From: Escherichia phage ime
Strand: one strand, 5' to 3'
Length of the DNA stretch: 64,000 nt
Sequence record: MN850576.1
The notes below the pieces were generated by a model. That model was given only the letters and a program-made list of their open reading frames with translations. It ran no database searches and had not been told where the DNA came from. Made by a program: the position numbers and the translations under genes. This document shows, piece by piece, positions 54,301-62,926 of this stretch (positions are counted from its first letter, which is position 1; every line of letters starts with the position of its first letter).

Positions 54301-55822
54301 GCTGACCAGTAAGATCCCCAACCTGCATATATTTAGGGCAGTCTAATACGCCGTCTTCGCGGAAACCTAAATATTTATGAGTTTCAGATCCTTTTGCACC
54401 TTTGTGCAGGTGGATTGTCAGCCAAGCCTTATTGTCGTTTCTTACCTCAGAGTAGATCCTATATCCATGCTCAAGAACACCATCGGTGTTATATTTATCT
54501 CCATGGAGAATACCTGAGGCCGATTTAACATCTCCAGAGTATTGAGCTAAGTAAAGGTGCCCGAAGGCTGGCGAGTTGTTTTTACCAAGGCCAATATGAG
54601 ATCTAAAGGTATCATCGTTACGAGGTCTGACCATCGGCTGCCATGCAGTCCACTGATTTGTGTTGGCCTGATAGGTTCTCAAATACCAAACATCTACGTT
54701 AGAGAATGGATAGTATTCCTGACGACAACCTGTACCTCCGTTAGCATTGTTCTGCCAAACAATCAAGTGACCAGCACCAGAACCTGCAGGGTAACCATTT
54801 GCCTCAGTTGCATAAGCAGTCATTGGCTGGTAGTATACACCATCCTGATTACCAGTCAAGTTATTGATATTGAAATTTGGCTCAAGGGCTGCACGTTGCT
54901 TATAGAAAGCACCGATATTGATACGGACTCCAGCGGCATCTCTAGCCCCTGTGCCGCCTTGCTCTATAGCAAGAGGTTGCCACGAAGCTGTTTGTTGGTT
55001 CCACATACCCCAACGGCCTGTTGCATCAAGCTGCAAGTACCCTGCCGTATTTAAATCATCTCCAGCACGGATAACTGTTCTTGTTGGGTTGTTTGCCTCT
55101 AGGCGTTTAAATTCATCACGAAGTGCTATTCTTTTCGTTGTTGCTACACCGTTGGTTACTGCAATGGTGTACATGGCTCCGGTGGTAGCGCCACGGAAAA
55201 TACCATCAACAGTTGTAGTATCACGACGAGACACCACACCGTTCAGAAATTTTTCACCAGCTGCTACAGAAGGGTAGTTGGTAGTTCTTCCCTCTTCAAT
55301 AACTGCAGGGCCAACAAAGTTATCAAGGTGAATAACATCGCCTACAGTGTGCACTGTACCAAAATCTACACGCTGTGCAAGTGCTTTGGCATCGTTAGCT
55401 GTCTGAACAGTAACATCCATTACATCCTGGACAGACTGCCCTTCGGCTGTCATGATCATAGATGCGCCAATGGTAGATTCCAGCTCCTCCCTTAAGGACG
55501 GGTCAGTATATACCATCCATGCAGCGTCAGTAATCCCACCATCGGAGTACGGTGAAGACAGTGCAGGAACAGTGTGTGGAAATTCGCCTTTCCAACGCAG
55601 GTAGAGGTCTTCCTCTTCGAAGTAGGCAAAATCCATTGGGCCGTTTAACTTACCACCTTCCTTAAAGGAGATTACATGAGAAACAGTCCCATCAACATGG
55701 ACAACATCGCCAATTTTTACACGACGGGTCAGGTCTGGTTGTTGAACAACCAGGTAATCATCCTCTGTCACTGAGGTAGTGGCAGGAAGAGATTCAATTC
55801 TGACAACTTTAATATCAGCCAT
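51383..55822 (-). CDS. giant tail fibre / tailspike-like protein with C-terminal ConA/LamG-like domain
   Basis: 1479 aa; N-terminal about 110 aa paralogous to ORF 58457..59125; internal repeats containing W.PL...GGTGA and GTGC.Q.Y; C-terminal ...GERHLFGHIKDIRVWNSALTDTQL resembles LamG-type lectin domains. Confidence 0.55.
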   Translation of the reverse strand: MADIKVVRIESLPATTSVTEDDYLVVQQPDLTRRVKIGDVVHVDGTVSHVISFKEGGKLNGPMDFAYFEEEDLYLRWKGEFPHTVPALSSPYSDGGITDAAWMVYTDPSLREELESTIGASMIMTAEGQSVQDVMDVTVQTANDAKALAQRVDFGTVHTVGDVIHLDNFVGPAVIEEGRTTNYPSVAAGEKFLNGVVSRRDTTTVDGIFRGATTGAMYTIAVTNGVATTKRIALRDEFKRLEANNPTRTVIRAGDDLNTAGYLQLDATGRWGMWNQQTASWQPLAIEQGGTGARDAAGVRINIGAFYKQRAALEPNFNINNLTGNQDGVYYQPMTAYATEANGYPAGSGAGHLIVWQNNANGGTGCRQEYYPFSNVDVWYLRTYQANTNQWTAWQPMVRPRNDDTFRSHIGLGKNNSPAFGHLYLAQYSGDVKSASGILHGDKYNTDGVLEHGYRIYSEVRNDNKAWLTIHLHKGAKGSETHKYLGFREDGVLDCPKYMQVGDLTGQLTNWGLGEWIRSSGAERGFWGSKKAAKMVIWDGGMDESGNGALEWGVYNNRKAKWEPLPQAAGGTGATTLADAQNLFKVPIAAGVKDFLTLPRTAGMEDGKYYPIIVRTDPYYAPATGTDITIVTRSSSGGDPMNCATLQCHYRTGGWTDRGDSFYGVVNFYQNEKAILGMVAPTRGKQEYVAFYAEARAFPVSIYASRNVVEVFTREQDYQVGSVTDNQDGVKFVAPLQSADLNLAVLGDNNTNTRPIVDFKGTSGFYTGGGTQWHYIGTAERYAVMSKMNMPKVELWADGLDYLCYGSPRKALFSNAGFQCASDGTEDLTNGTFTSKCGNGAGLKGQAEFRSTPEAGQVIVRDVVGSAHRFYNFNKDGTFSAPGGFVCHTGADWNNQFGNNNPSKIMAGNVNGPEGSMVVGGLSVAFSGNYAFQIAGRLDQLYTRSIEQGNHRAWNKVIQHRGQGLGNSDLNDYKADREGIYHQEANANATAERHYPPGQQMAGTLIVLRNSANEGTGCIQIYKMYLGGTWERYYNNTGSGMAWSPWKRTSFPESTTAPVMPDLWLPLTSNLKPALGEGEMVFSRPSTATYFSKRGVMVTAQNDQPRFERDGLLIEGQRTNLMLNSEDPSKWGAQQAITVGSTVTNTNGTKGARFTVNTTSGVETTALNLAVVPATRGADVTGDEKFCTGSIIARGGKAHQRLRIRFDMYDGSTTTYQGDAYVNLSTLEVKTTGGAAGRIKVKAERWQTAGPAWTRVVATFEAVASDRKIGCQFQIAPPESSQHAVGDWVDVAIPQFELGSCESSFIPTGSSPVTRAADLCKFPMTDNLAPRPFTIAATVDANWRGWGKAPNAAPRVIDTEGHQSGAAFIMGFGSATNIADDGYPYCDIGGSNRRVYEMAKVRKLKVGFRIKDDGKTCSFANGLVSSETQSSWEFLAGGAFIRIGGQTATGERHLFGHIKDIRVWNSALTDTQLMMESVE

Positions 55823-55857
55823 TCTTTCTCCTGAAAGGGGGCAAACAGCCCCCTATG

Positions 55858-58455
55858 TTAAAGGTACAATCCACGGTATTGAGCATAGAGGCCCAGACCG
55901 CGAAGGATTTCGCCAGAGTGATAGCCTACCGGATCAGAAACTGCCCAGCAGCCGTTTAAAACATTATCCCCATTAATGAAGTGGTGCTTTTGCAGTAGCT
56001 TCACACAGGCCTCTACAACAATATCTATTTGAGGTATTGTCTCTGAATACCCGCACAGACCTAGCCAGCAGCAACCTGCAAGCCATTCACCTACCACCCA
56101 CATCCTGTCCCCTCTGTCTTGATAAGAATATCCCCCAGAGGTGTTAAAGTCTGTAGGCAGATTTCCTGAATGAGATGACTGGAATCTGTTGAGGAACCAT
56201 GCCCATTTCTGGCAGAACAGGAACAGTCTTTCATCAACAGGTTCTTTATGTTTCTTGAGCTCATATATTGTGCGGCACGCAGCAACAAAAGATCTTGACT
56301 GGAGCTTAGAGTTATCTACCATCTCCCACCAACCAGTCAACCCTTCATTACCTCTCTGCCATACATAACGTGAGGCAACTGGACCCTCTGTCTTAAATGT
56401 ATTATTATACCAGACTTGAGCGTCATACAGAAAGCCTATTGTATTTGACAATCTATGGCGATCTATGTTTTCTGCACCCATGCAGTAGACTGCTGGGTAT
56501 TGCATGCCTGGGTAGGGCCAATTTGGCCTTTCCTCTAAGAGATAGTTTTCCTTATCTATCACCTTTCCGGCAGGGAACACACCTGGTGTGTGCCTGTATG
56601 CACCTTGCTTGTAGTTTCTAACATAGCAATCACCAACCTTAGCGGTTGATTCTGTCTTGCTTGCCATCCATACGCTAAACCAGATTAGATAAGCATCCCT
56701 ATCTGCAATATAGAATTGCGGCAGTGTGTTGACGCAATATAGATCAAACAAGCCATTACCTATCTGCCTGTCGCTTAGGGTGAAATCTACAGAGGTGAGT
56801 CCCTTAGGATTAGCAAAGAAAGGTTTAATCTCTTCTTCAGTGTGATGAGGTTGTGTCGGATCTAGTTTGAAATCTCCTAGAGTAAGAGTTTCTGTTATCC
56901 ATTGTCCATTAGTGGCATATAGATCAGCATACCATAACCACCTGTCTTTGTCAAGAAATTTGACCCTTACCATCTCATCATCTGATCGATAAGTTACTGA
57001 GTTTAAAGAAATCTCTCTTCCAAAATTGAAAGTTACTTTGCCTCTTGCTATATTACAACGGGTGAAGTTGTCAGAGTGGTTGTAAATGTCAGTAGCGTAC
57101 TGCATACTAACACTGGCACCACCGCTCACGGCAATATTTTCCTCTTTAGGTAAAAGGTACGGATTACCGTCTTTACCAACTACCTCTACGAAATCAGTAA
57201 CCTTGGCAACTATTTCTGTTACCTCTGCCCCTCCAAAAGGAACCCCTATCCTGTACTGTTTTTTGTTATTGTTGCCATCATTAAGGATGAAATGTGGCTG
57301 GAACAGAACCCCTTCTCCTCCGAAATTCATAACAATTTCAGCATCTCTGCCTATTTTGTATGTAGTCCCTTTTTGAATTATTTCGCAAGGCTGGCGTGCG
57401 TTCATTCTAAAGTTGATATACCCGTCACTGTCTCTGCTCATGACAGGAACTGTTCCTGCAACAAGACAAGTACCGTCTGTAAACGGTGCCTTAATCAACG
57501 TGGTCTTTCTAAACAGCTTGTCGTAGGCGTTTATATCACTGAAATTAAGCAACTTGTTGTAAGACTGTTTAAATGCGGTGTAATACTTTTCCTCACCTGT
57601 CAAGGTGTAGAGTTGATAACAAGCGTCACACCACATTTCTTCCCCGTCCAACTCTGGGGCCTGATTATCTGCAACCACGTTTATAGGATTTACAATTACA
57701 GGGGATCCAGCAGGTATCACCGATCCGCCCTGCTCTTGAGGTAATCTTACACAATAGGTCACCTTGTGGCTGCCTGTAACACCCTTATCTTGTAATTGGA
57801 TTGTGCCGAACTCTACAGACGTATGACCACTGTCGGCTATGCTACCGTTAGCCCAATAGCGGTTACCATCCCATGCTATGTACCACTCAACCCACCAACT
57901 TAATCCGGATGTTGTCCAATCTGGGTTAGCATCTGTGCCACCGTAAACATCAGAGTCTACAGTGTTTCTTCCTAACACACCGTTATACGCTTGGAATGCC
58001 TTGTCCAGGTATTCCCCCCATGTCGGAGATCCAGCTGGGATTTTTCCTCTACCGTTGGTAAAAGACACCACCACATCTTTAAACCCACCGTGTGATGGAA
58101 CCCCATCTGTGGATAGAGGGTAGTGGGACAATCTTTGCATTTTACTTTCTACGGCATATGCACCCAGAAGATGACTATTGTAAGCTTCCCAAGCATCTTT
58201 TGCCCTATCCAGATAGAAATCGCTTTTCGATGCCCTATATGCTTCAATGTATCCCAGAATCAACACAGCTTGGGACTCATGCATTGCCCAATCATTATTT
58301 ATCTTATTACCTGCCCACCCTGCAGCTATAAGACCATCAGGGTTTACTAGCTTATTTTGTGTAGGGGTGTTGGTAATACCTGTGTTGTTATCGAGGCACT
58401 TCCTGTGCCCCTCAATCATCTGAAATACGTTATCAATGTTGTGTTGAATACGCAT
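55858..58455 (-). CDS. putative polysaccharide-degrading tailspike (alpha/alpha-toroid glycoside hydrolase-like)
   Basis: 865 aa; aromatic-rich W/Y repeats at both ends suggest an (alpha/alpha)6-type hydrolase fold with a beta-rich insertion; AGGAG RBS inside the end of the upstream gene. Confidence 0.4.
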   Translation of the reverse strand: MRIQHNIDNVFQMIEGHRKCLDNNTGITNTPTQNKLVNPDGLIAAGWAGNKINNDWAMHESQAVLILGYIEAYRASKSDFYLDRAKDAWEAYNSHLLGAYAVESKMQRLSHYPLSTDGVPSHGGFKDVVVSFTNGRGKIPAGSPTWGEYLDKAFQAYNGVLGRNTVDSDVYGGTDANPDWTTSGLSWWVEWYIAWDGNRYWANGSIADSGHTSVEFGTIQLQDKGVTGSHKVTYCVRLPQEQGGSVIPAGSPVIVNPINVVADNQAPELDGEEMWCDACYQLYTLTGEEKYYTAFKQSYNKLLNFSDINAYDKLFRKTTLIKAPFTDGTCLVAGTVPVMSRDSDGYINFRMNARQPCEIIQKGTTYKIGRDAEIVMNFGGEGVLFQPHFILNDGNNNKKQYRIGVPFGGAEVTEIVAKVTDFVEVVGKDGNPYLLPKEENIAVSGGASVSMQYATDIYNHSDNFTRCNIARGKVTFNFGREISLNSVTYRSDDEMVRVKFLDKDRWLWYADLYATNGQWITETLTLGDFKLDPTQPHHTEEEIKPFFANPKGLTSVDFTLSDRQIGNGLFDLYCVNTLPQFYIADRDAYLIWFSVWMASKTESTAKVGDCYVRNYKQGAYRHTPGVFPAGKVIDKENYLLEERPNWPYPGMQYPAVYCMGAENIDRHRLSNTIGFLYDAQVWYNNTFKTEGPVASRYVWQRGNEGLTGWWEMVDNSKLQSRSFVAACRTIYELKKHKEPVDERLFLFCQKWAWFLNRFQSSHSGNLPTDFNTSGGYSYQDRGDRMWVVGEWLAGCCWLGLCGYSETIPQIDIVVEACVKLLQKHHFINGDNVLNGCWAVSDPVGYHSGEILRGLGLYAQYRGLYL

Positions 58456-58456
58456 C

Positions 58457-59125
58457 TTAGATAGCTCCTGCGATAATCAGTGCCCCGTACCAAGTTAACC
58501 CGTTGTCGTAGGTTTCCAACTTGAAAATGTCTGTTGCACCAGCTGTAAATGTTAGGATAGGATCTCTTCCGTAGGACCATTTAACATTACCAGGCCAATA
58601 GACTTTGTTGCCGCCAGAGGTCTGAGTAATGCATACGGTTATAGTTCTCGCCACCCCTTCAAGACCTTCTGTTTGATTTTCAAAAGAGATTGTGGTATTT
58701 GAAGTTAGTCGAACCTTAAAGGTATCCGCAACTTCAAGATCCATATCAAGCTGACCACCGATAGATCCGTAATCAACTATTCTGCCAGAAGAAGTTGCAG
58801 CAAGCTCACCAAAAACAGACCAGGCATTTGCAGACACACCCCCAGCACCCTCTACAGTGGAGTCTGGGAGGATTATTTTAGGATAATCCCCGTTCCACGT
58901 GTAGTAGCGCTTAGTTTCTGGATCATAAGCAAAGTCCTTCTTGCTCTTAAGATAACCACCCTCTGTGAAATAGACTATTTTAGTAATGCTGAGATCGTTG
59001 ACAACATCATCAATCTTAGCCTTTCTTGTCCCATCAGTCTGGTTGACAACCAAGAAGTCATCACTCAGGACTGTTTCTGCATCTTCAAGATCTGGAATTG
59101 GTATTGTAGGATAAGCTACAGCCAT
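58457..59125 (-). CDS. fibre/spike anchor-domain protein (N-terminal domain paralogous to 1479-aa fibre)
   Basis: 222 aa; shares LP...DD[FY]LVV.Q.D.TR..KI.DVV...FAY...Y.W.G[DE][YF]P with the N-terminus of the 1479-aa protein. Confidence 0.5.
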   Translation of the reverse strand: MAVAYPTIPIPDLEDAETVLSDDFLVVNQTDGTRKAKIDDVVNDLSITKIVYFTEGGYLKSKKDFAYDPETKRYYTWNGDYPKIILPDSTVEGAGGVSANAWSVFGELAATSSGRIVDYGSIGGQLDMDLEVADTFKVRLTSNTTISFENQTEGLEGVARTITVCITQTSGGNKVYWPGNVKWSYGRDPILTFTAGATDIFKLETYDNGLTWYGALIIAGAI

Positions 59126-59134
59126 GATTTCTCC

Positions 59135-59851
59135 TTAGTTAACATCGATAGCACGACCAGACTGGTTGGCAATAGCCTCATCATTGGAGGTAGCAATAAC
59201 ACCAGAGTATTCGCGCTCATCTGGAGCAAGCGTCCAGGTATTGCGGTTAATGGTTTGTTCTGCCTCAGTCATCAGCAGATCTTTATCCTGAGTCAACAGA
59301 GAGCCTACAGGGATCGGGTTTTCCATCTCAGGACCAGCATACTGGTTCCACCATGTGGCATCTCCGGTTCTAGGCAATCTGAAGTTGATCAGGTAGTACA
59401 GTTTATTAGCCCACTTAATCCAACCTTCATCATCACAGAGAGAGGTTGTCCCAGAATCAGGCTGTGGGTAGGTAAACTGATCAAGACCTACAAAAGCCAG
59501 CCTTACAATCTCGTTCTCTTTGGTAACAACCTCAAAGAACGCTTGGTATGTTCTCGATCTTCGATCCATGGTAGACTGGAAGTTTACGATGTTTAGCACA
59601 TCCGGCTCTTGTCTTGCCACTTCCATAATCTTGTTATCAAGAACAGTCTTCATGACCTTCTTACTGAGAAAGTCCATATAAGGGAAGCCAAACAACTCGT
59701 CAAAGTACCAGCTCCCCTTCCACGTATTAAACCTCATCCACAAGCGCTGGCGTAGACTTACCTGGTTTGAATCTATCAACTCAAGACCTTTGTCTATCGC
59801 CAAATCGCCTGTCTGTGGGTCCATCAATATATCACTATAAAGCGTAGCCAT
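59135..59851 (-). CDS. putative baseplate wedge protein (gp25/gpW-like)
   Basis: 238 aa; N-terminal ...DPQTGDLAIDKGLELIDSNQVSLRQRLWMRFNTWKGSWYFDELFGFPY resembles the gp25/gpW signature; C-terminal extension. Confidence 0.4.
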   Translation of the reverse strand: MATLYSDILMDPQTGDLAIDKGLELIDSNQVSLRQRLWMRFNTWKGSWYFDELFGFPYMDFLSKKVMKTVLDNKIMEVARQEPDVLNIVNFQSTMDRRSRTYQAFFEVVTKENEIVRLAFVGLDQFTYPQPDSGTTSLCDDEGWIKWANKLYYLINFRLPRTGDATWWNQYAGPEMENPIPVGSLLTQDKDLLMTEAEQTINRNTWTLAPDEREYSGVIATSNDEAIANQSGRAIDVN

Positions 59852-59863
59852 GAAAGCCCTCTA

Positions 59864-60541
59864 TTAGTGCGGTCCACTTGTCTCGCCATCAGGGCAAGAG
59901 TGGGTATGACCTTTATATTCTGCATAGAATGAATCCAAATCCACGCCAGCAGCAGTTATAATTCTACCAGATGGGTCTATTGTAGCACCATTCATTCTGA
60001 TATTCCCATCCACAGCAGCTCGCAAATTGGCAGCCCCGTTAGTGAAAGAAAACTCCCCGCTGCTGTCGCACCGTAATGTCCCACCAGGTGTTTGAAGCTC
60101 AAAATCGCCAGAAGGTGTCAGTTTAAAATAAACCCTATCATTCCATAACTCTACGTTATCAGGATCGATCTGTAAGGAGTTTGAGTCTGAATGAACAGAG
60201 GTGATTGCCCACCCTGGAAACAGGCCGTGAGTTTGTTGATCGTCGTTATTGTTTTCATTTCTCTCTGAAAACTGCAATCCTACAACATCTCCAGCCTTAA
60301 TAGGGAGTGTTAACCTTGCCTTTCCGCTGTTTGCAGACATCACCTGAATTGGAACGTCATAGATAAGAGGGTATCTCTCCACATCTCCGTCATCAAACGT
60401 AGTTTCAGCTATTGGCTGCACGGCTGCAGAAGGTATACTGTAGTCTACACTGACAACTCTGGCCCTGATACTGGTGTGGTAGTCCCTCATTATTTTTTCT
60501 ATAAAAGATCTTACAGCAGCATCTTTCCTATTTATTGCCAT
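59864..60541 (-). CDS. putative baseplate central spike (gpV-like)
   Basis: 225 aa; C-terminal ...YKGHTHSCPDGETSGPH resembles the H.H...G..T..P tip of P2 gpV-type spikes as I recall it. Confidence 0.5.
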   Translation of the reverse strand: MAINRKDAAVRSFIEKIMRDYHTSIRARVVSVDYSIPSAAVQPIAETTFDDGDVERYPLIYDVPIQVMSANSGKARLTLPIKAGDVVGLQFSERNENNNDDQQTHGLFPGWAITSVHSDSNSLQIDPDNVELWNDRVYFKLTPSGDFELQTPGGTLRCDSSGEFSFTNGAANLRAAVDGNIRMNGATIDPSGRIITAAGVDLDSFYAEYKGHTHSCPDGETSGPH

Positions 60542-61545
60542 TATACCTCCTCAGTTTTGTCAACAACTCCACCCACTGTTTCCCCAAGGCCAAGCTCTGT
60601 AGTGTAATCACCACCTTCTATGGTGCCCTTATGATGCACCGTGATCACCTTATAGAAGCCTGTATATTGCTTGCTTTTAAGATAAATAGTGGACTCTGGG
60701 AGGATAGCTCCGTTAAGGCATGTGGTTACAGTAAGGCCAACATCCTCTCTCGGGTTTTTCTTTTTCTTTTTAGATGTCGAACCACCTTTGGCAGCAGCTT
60801 TAGCTTTTCGTTTTTTAGCAGGTTCTGGGTTTTTAGGGGTAGGAGATCCGTGCATCCCAGACTCTGCACTTATTTCAAACACAGAGTCTTTGAACCTTTT
60901 TCCAACCTTGGTCCAATACAAAGCCCCATCCTGAACGCTAAATGTTGAGTTGGTCAGCCTTGCAAACCTGCGGAGGTTCTCTGCAGTGTTTCCAGAGAAA
61001 GCCATAGAGTATTGCAAAGTCTGGTTTCCAAAACCAACAACCCTACCTTTTGGCAAGTTCATATCCTTCAGTAGGTCATTAAGCACAGAGTTCAGAGGTG
61101 TGCCTTTCTGATAAGATCTTGTGCTTTGGCACTTAATGATGTTCTCAGTGCCATCCCCAAAGATGAACTTAGTTTTTCTGGTAGGACCTTCCCATCTGTC
61201 TTCAACAAACTCCACAGTTCCGGAGAATATCAACTGGTTCTCATTATCATAGCCAGCTTCAAACATAACTGCAAGGGCATCAGCCTGATGCATATCCAAG
61301 TAGTTAACTGTATCGTCAGACAGGTTGTAAACTGTCACATAACCTTTGTTTGGCTCTTTGGTATTGTCCTTTTGTATGTCAAACTCTATATTGGCGGCAC
61401 CAGTGTCCGAGCTAACTTCATAAACTCCGGAATCACTCTCCCCTTTCTTTTCAACAGATTTTGGGATATTGGTTTTTGATTTGCCGCCATGTTCTACAGG
61501 ACGACCAAACAATAATCGCCATGTTCTACGTCTGTACTCTGCCAT
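60541..61545 (-). CDS. putative baseplate hub protein (gpD-like)
   Basis: 334 aa; position upstream of the gpV-like gene and size fit a gpD/Mu gp44-type hub; contains a K-rich stretch. Confidence 0.35.
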   Translation of the reverse strand: MAEYRRRTWRLLFGRPVEHGGKSKTNIPKSVEKKGESDSGVYEVSSDTGAANIEFDIQKDNTKEPNKGYVTVYNLSDDTVNYLDMHQADALAVMFEAGYDNENQLIFSGTVEFVEDRWEGPTRKTKFIFGDGTENIIKCQSTRSYQKGTPLNSVLNDLLKDMNLPKGRVVGFGNQTLQYSMAFSGNTAENLRRFARLTNSTFSVQDGALYWTKVGKRFKDSVFEISAESGMHGSPTPKNPEPAKKRKAKAAAKGGSTSKKKKKNPREDVGLTVTTCLNGAILPESTIYLKSKQYTGFYKVITVHHKGTIEGGDYTTELGLGETVGGVVDKTEEV

Positions 61546-61925
61546 TATTCTAACCCTTGCTGTTCCTTGTAAAGATCAACCGGGGTGCCGTATACAAGTT
61601 GTAGCTCAGATCTCGCCCCAAGGTTATATCTTCCAACCCTGCCCCAATATTGATCGTCTTTAAACGACAGCGCCATCAGTCTACCTTTCGGTAAATCATC
61701 TCTGTAATGCAGTCCGTCTAAAATATCTTGACAAGCTGTTACTTTTCTGGTTACTAAAGGGCTGTCACCTACTGGACCAAGAGATAACCACCAGGACTCA
61801 TCCCTCTCATTCCATTGCATACGCATTTCATACGTTTCATTGTCTAAAACAACACGCATGGTTTGGTCAGGAAAGCCGTCAATGTCCCACACAAAGGTGA
61901 TTATGCACCAATCTTTAAGCTCCAT
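61545..61925 (-). CDS. hypothetical tail protein
   Basis: 126-aa ORF with start/stop overlap to neighbours. Confidence 0.45.
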   Translation of the reverse strand: MELKDWCIITFVWDIDGFPDQTMRVVLDNETYEMRMQWNERDESWWLSLGPVGDSPLVTRKVTACQDILDGLHYRDDLPKGRLMALSFKDDQYWGRVGRYNLGARSELQLVYGTPVDLYKEQQGLE

Positions 61926-61937
61926 TATACGCTCCCC

Positions 61938-62822
61938 TTATTTCCCGTTAACTTTGTTGTAGTTTCCCTGCTCAGATGGGACTATGGTAGAAGGTCTTCC
62001 ATATTCCTGATAATACCAATCCGCAGCCGATTGGGTAACACCGTTTTCATCTGTCCACATCATAGATTTGTATGGCTGCCACTCCTCTGCAGCGTTTGTG
62101 GATGCAGTGTCTGCGAATGCTCCTGTGTCCCTCTTGTTACCTACGTTACTACCATTCTTACAGTCGTTGACAGCACCTTTTTGTTGGGTCTTGCCTACTT
62201 TCTTAGGATTGCTGTATACAGTTGCATTAACAACCTTGTTCAAGTAGAATGTGCGGAACTCTGTAAGTTCTACATCAAAAACCATTGCAGCACCTTCACC
62301 AACAGACTTGTTGGCAGAAAGACTGGTTATGATGTAGTTCTCAAGAAGTCTCTCCTCGGTAACCAAAGAAACCAACTGTCGCTTATTGATAATCTCAGTC
62401 AAAGCCTCCAATGCAGCGCCTGGTCGCATAGATGCTGCAGGGTTTTTAGAGTCAGTATTCCTATCAATGTAGTTTTGCTCATAAATTATATGTGGGGATG
62501 TATTTACCCTACCAGTAAAAGAAAATACACCATCTTTAATTACAGCGTGGTCTGACATGGTAGATTTATCTTCCACTGCAAAACCAGTTTTATCAACAGA
62601 ATGTTTGAAAGAATAGTTCTCAACCTGGTCGAAGATAATGGCAAGATCGTTAGTAAAGTTTTTACCCTTCATCTCCGTATTGCGACCACCATAGTTAAGA
62701 CCGCTGACAAACATAGTATACTTTACATCGCTTTCAGTTTGCTGCTCTGCCTTTTCAGCCTTTGGAGATTTAACCTCTTGAGGCTTGTACAGGTCTTTTT
62801 CATCAACTATATTGCTTGGCAT
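61938..62822 (-). CDS. hypothetical tail protein (first gene after tape-measure-like gene)
   Basis: 294-aa ORF. Confidence 0.45.
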   Translation of the reverse strand: MPSNIVDEKDLYKPQEVKSPKAEKAEQQTESDVKYTMFVSGLNYGGRNTEMKGKNFTNDLAIIFDQVENYSFKHSVDKTGFAVEDKSTMSDHAVIKDGVFSFTGRVNTSPHIIYEQNYIDRNTDSKNPAASMRPGAALEALTEIINKRQLVSLVTEERLLENYIITSLSANKSVGEGAAMVFDVELTEFRTFYLNKVVNATVYSNPKKVGKTQQKGAVNDCKNGSNVGNKRDTGAFADTASTNAAEEWQPYKSMMWTDENGVTQSAADWYYQEYGRPSTIVPSEQGNYNKVNGK

Positions 62823-62888
62823 AACCTCTCCAGGACACTCCTATACCATCTAGATATTGTATCATAAAATAGCTGTTTTTACAACACC

Positions 62889-62916
62889 GATAAAATAAAG
62901 GGGGCCGGAGCCCCCT
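62889..62916 (-). terminator. rho-independent terminator or attenuator (minus strand)
   Basis: Hairpin AGGGGGC-UCCG-GCCCCCU followed by UUUAUUUUAU on the minus strand, downstream of the tape-measure-like gene. Confidence 0.5.
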
Positions 62917-62926
62917 TCACAGTTTA

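Noticed and set aside
60740-60790. Lys-rich tract (KKRKAKAAAKGGSTSKKKKKN) in the gpD-like ORF as a programmed frameshift site
   Set aside because: The A-rich run is interrupted by G (aaaaagaaaaagaaaaa), there is no downstream structure or alternative extended frame; more likely a basic linker.
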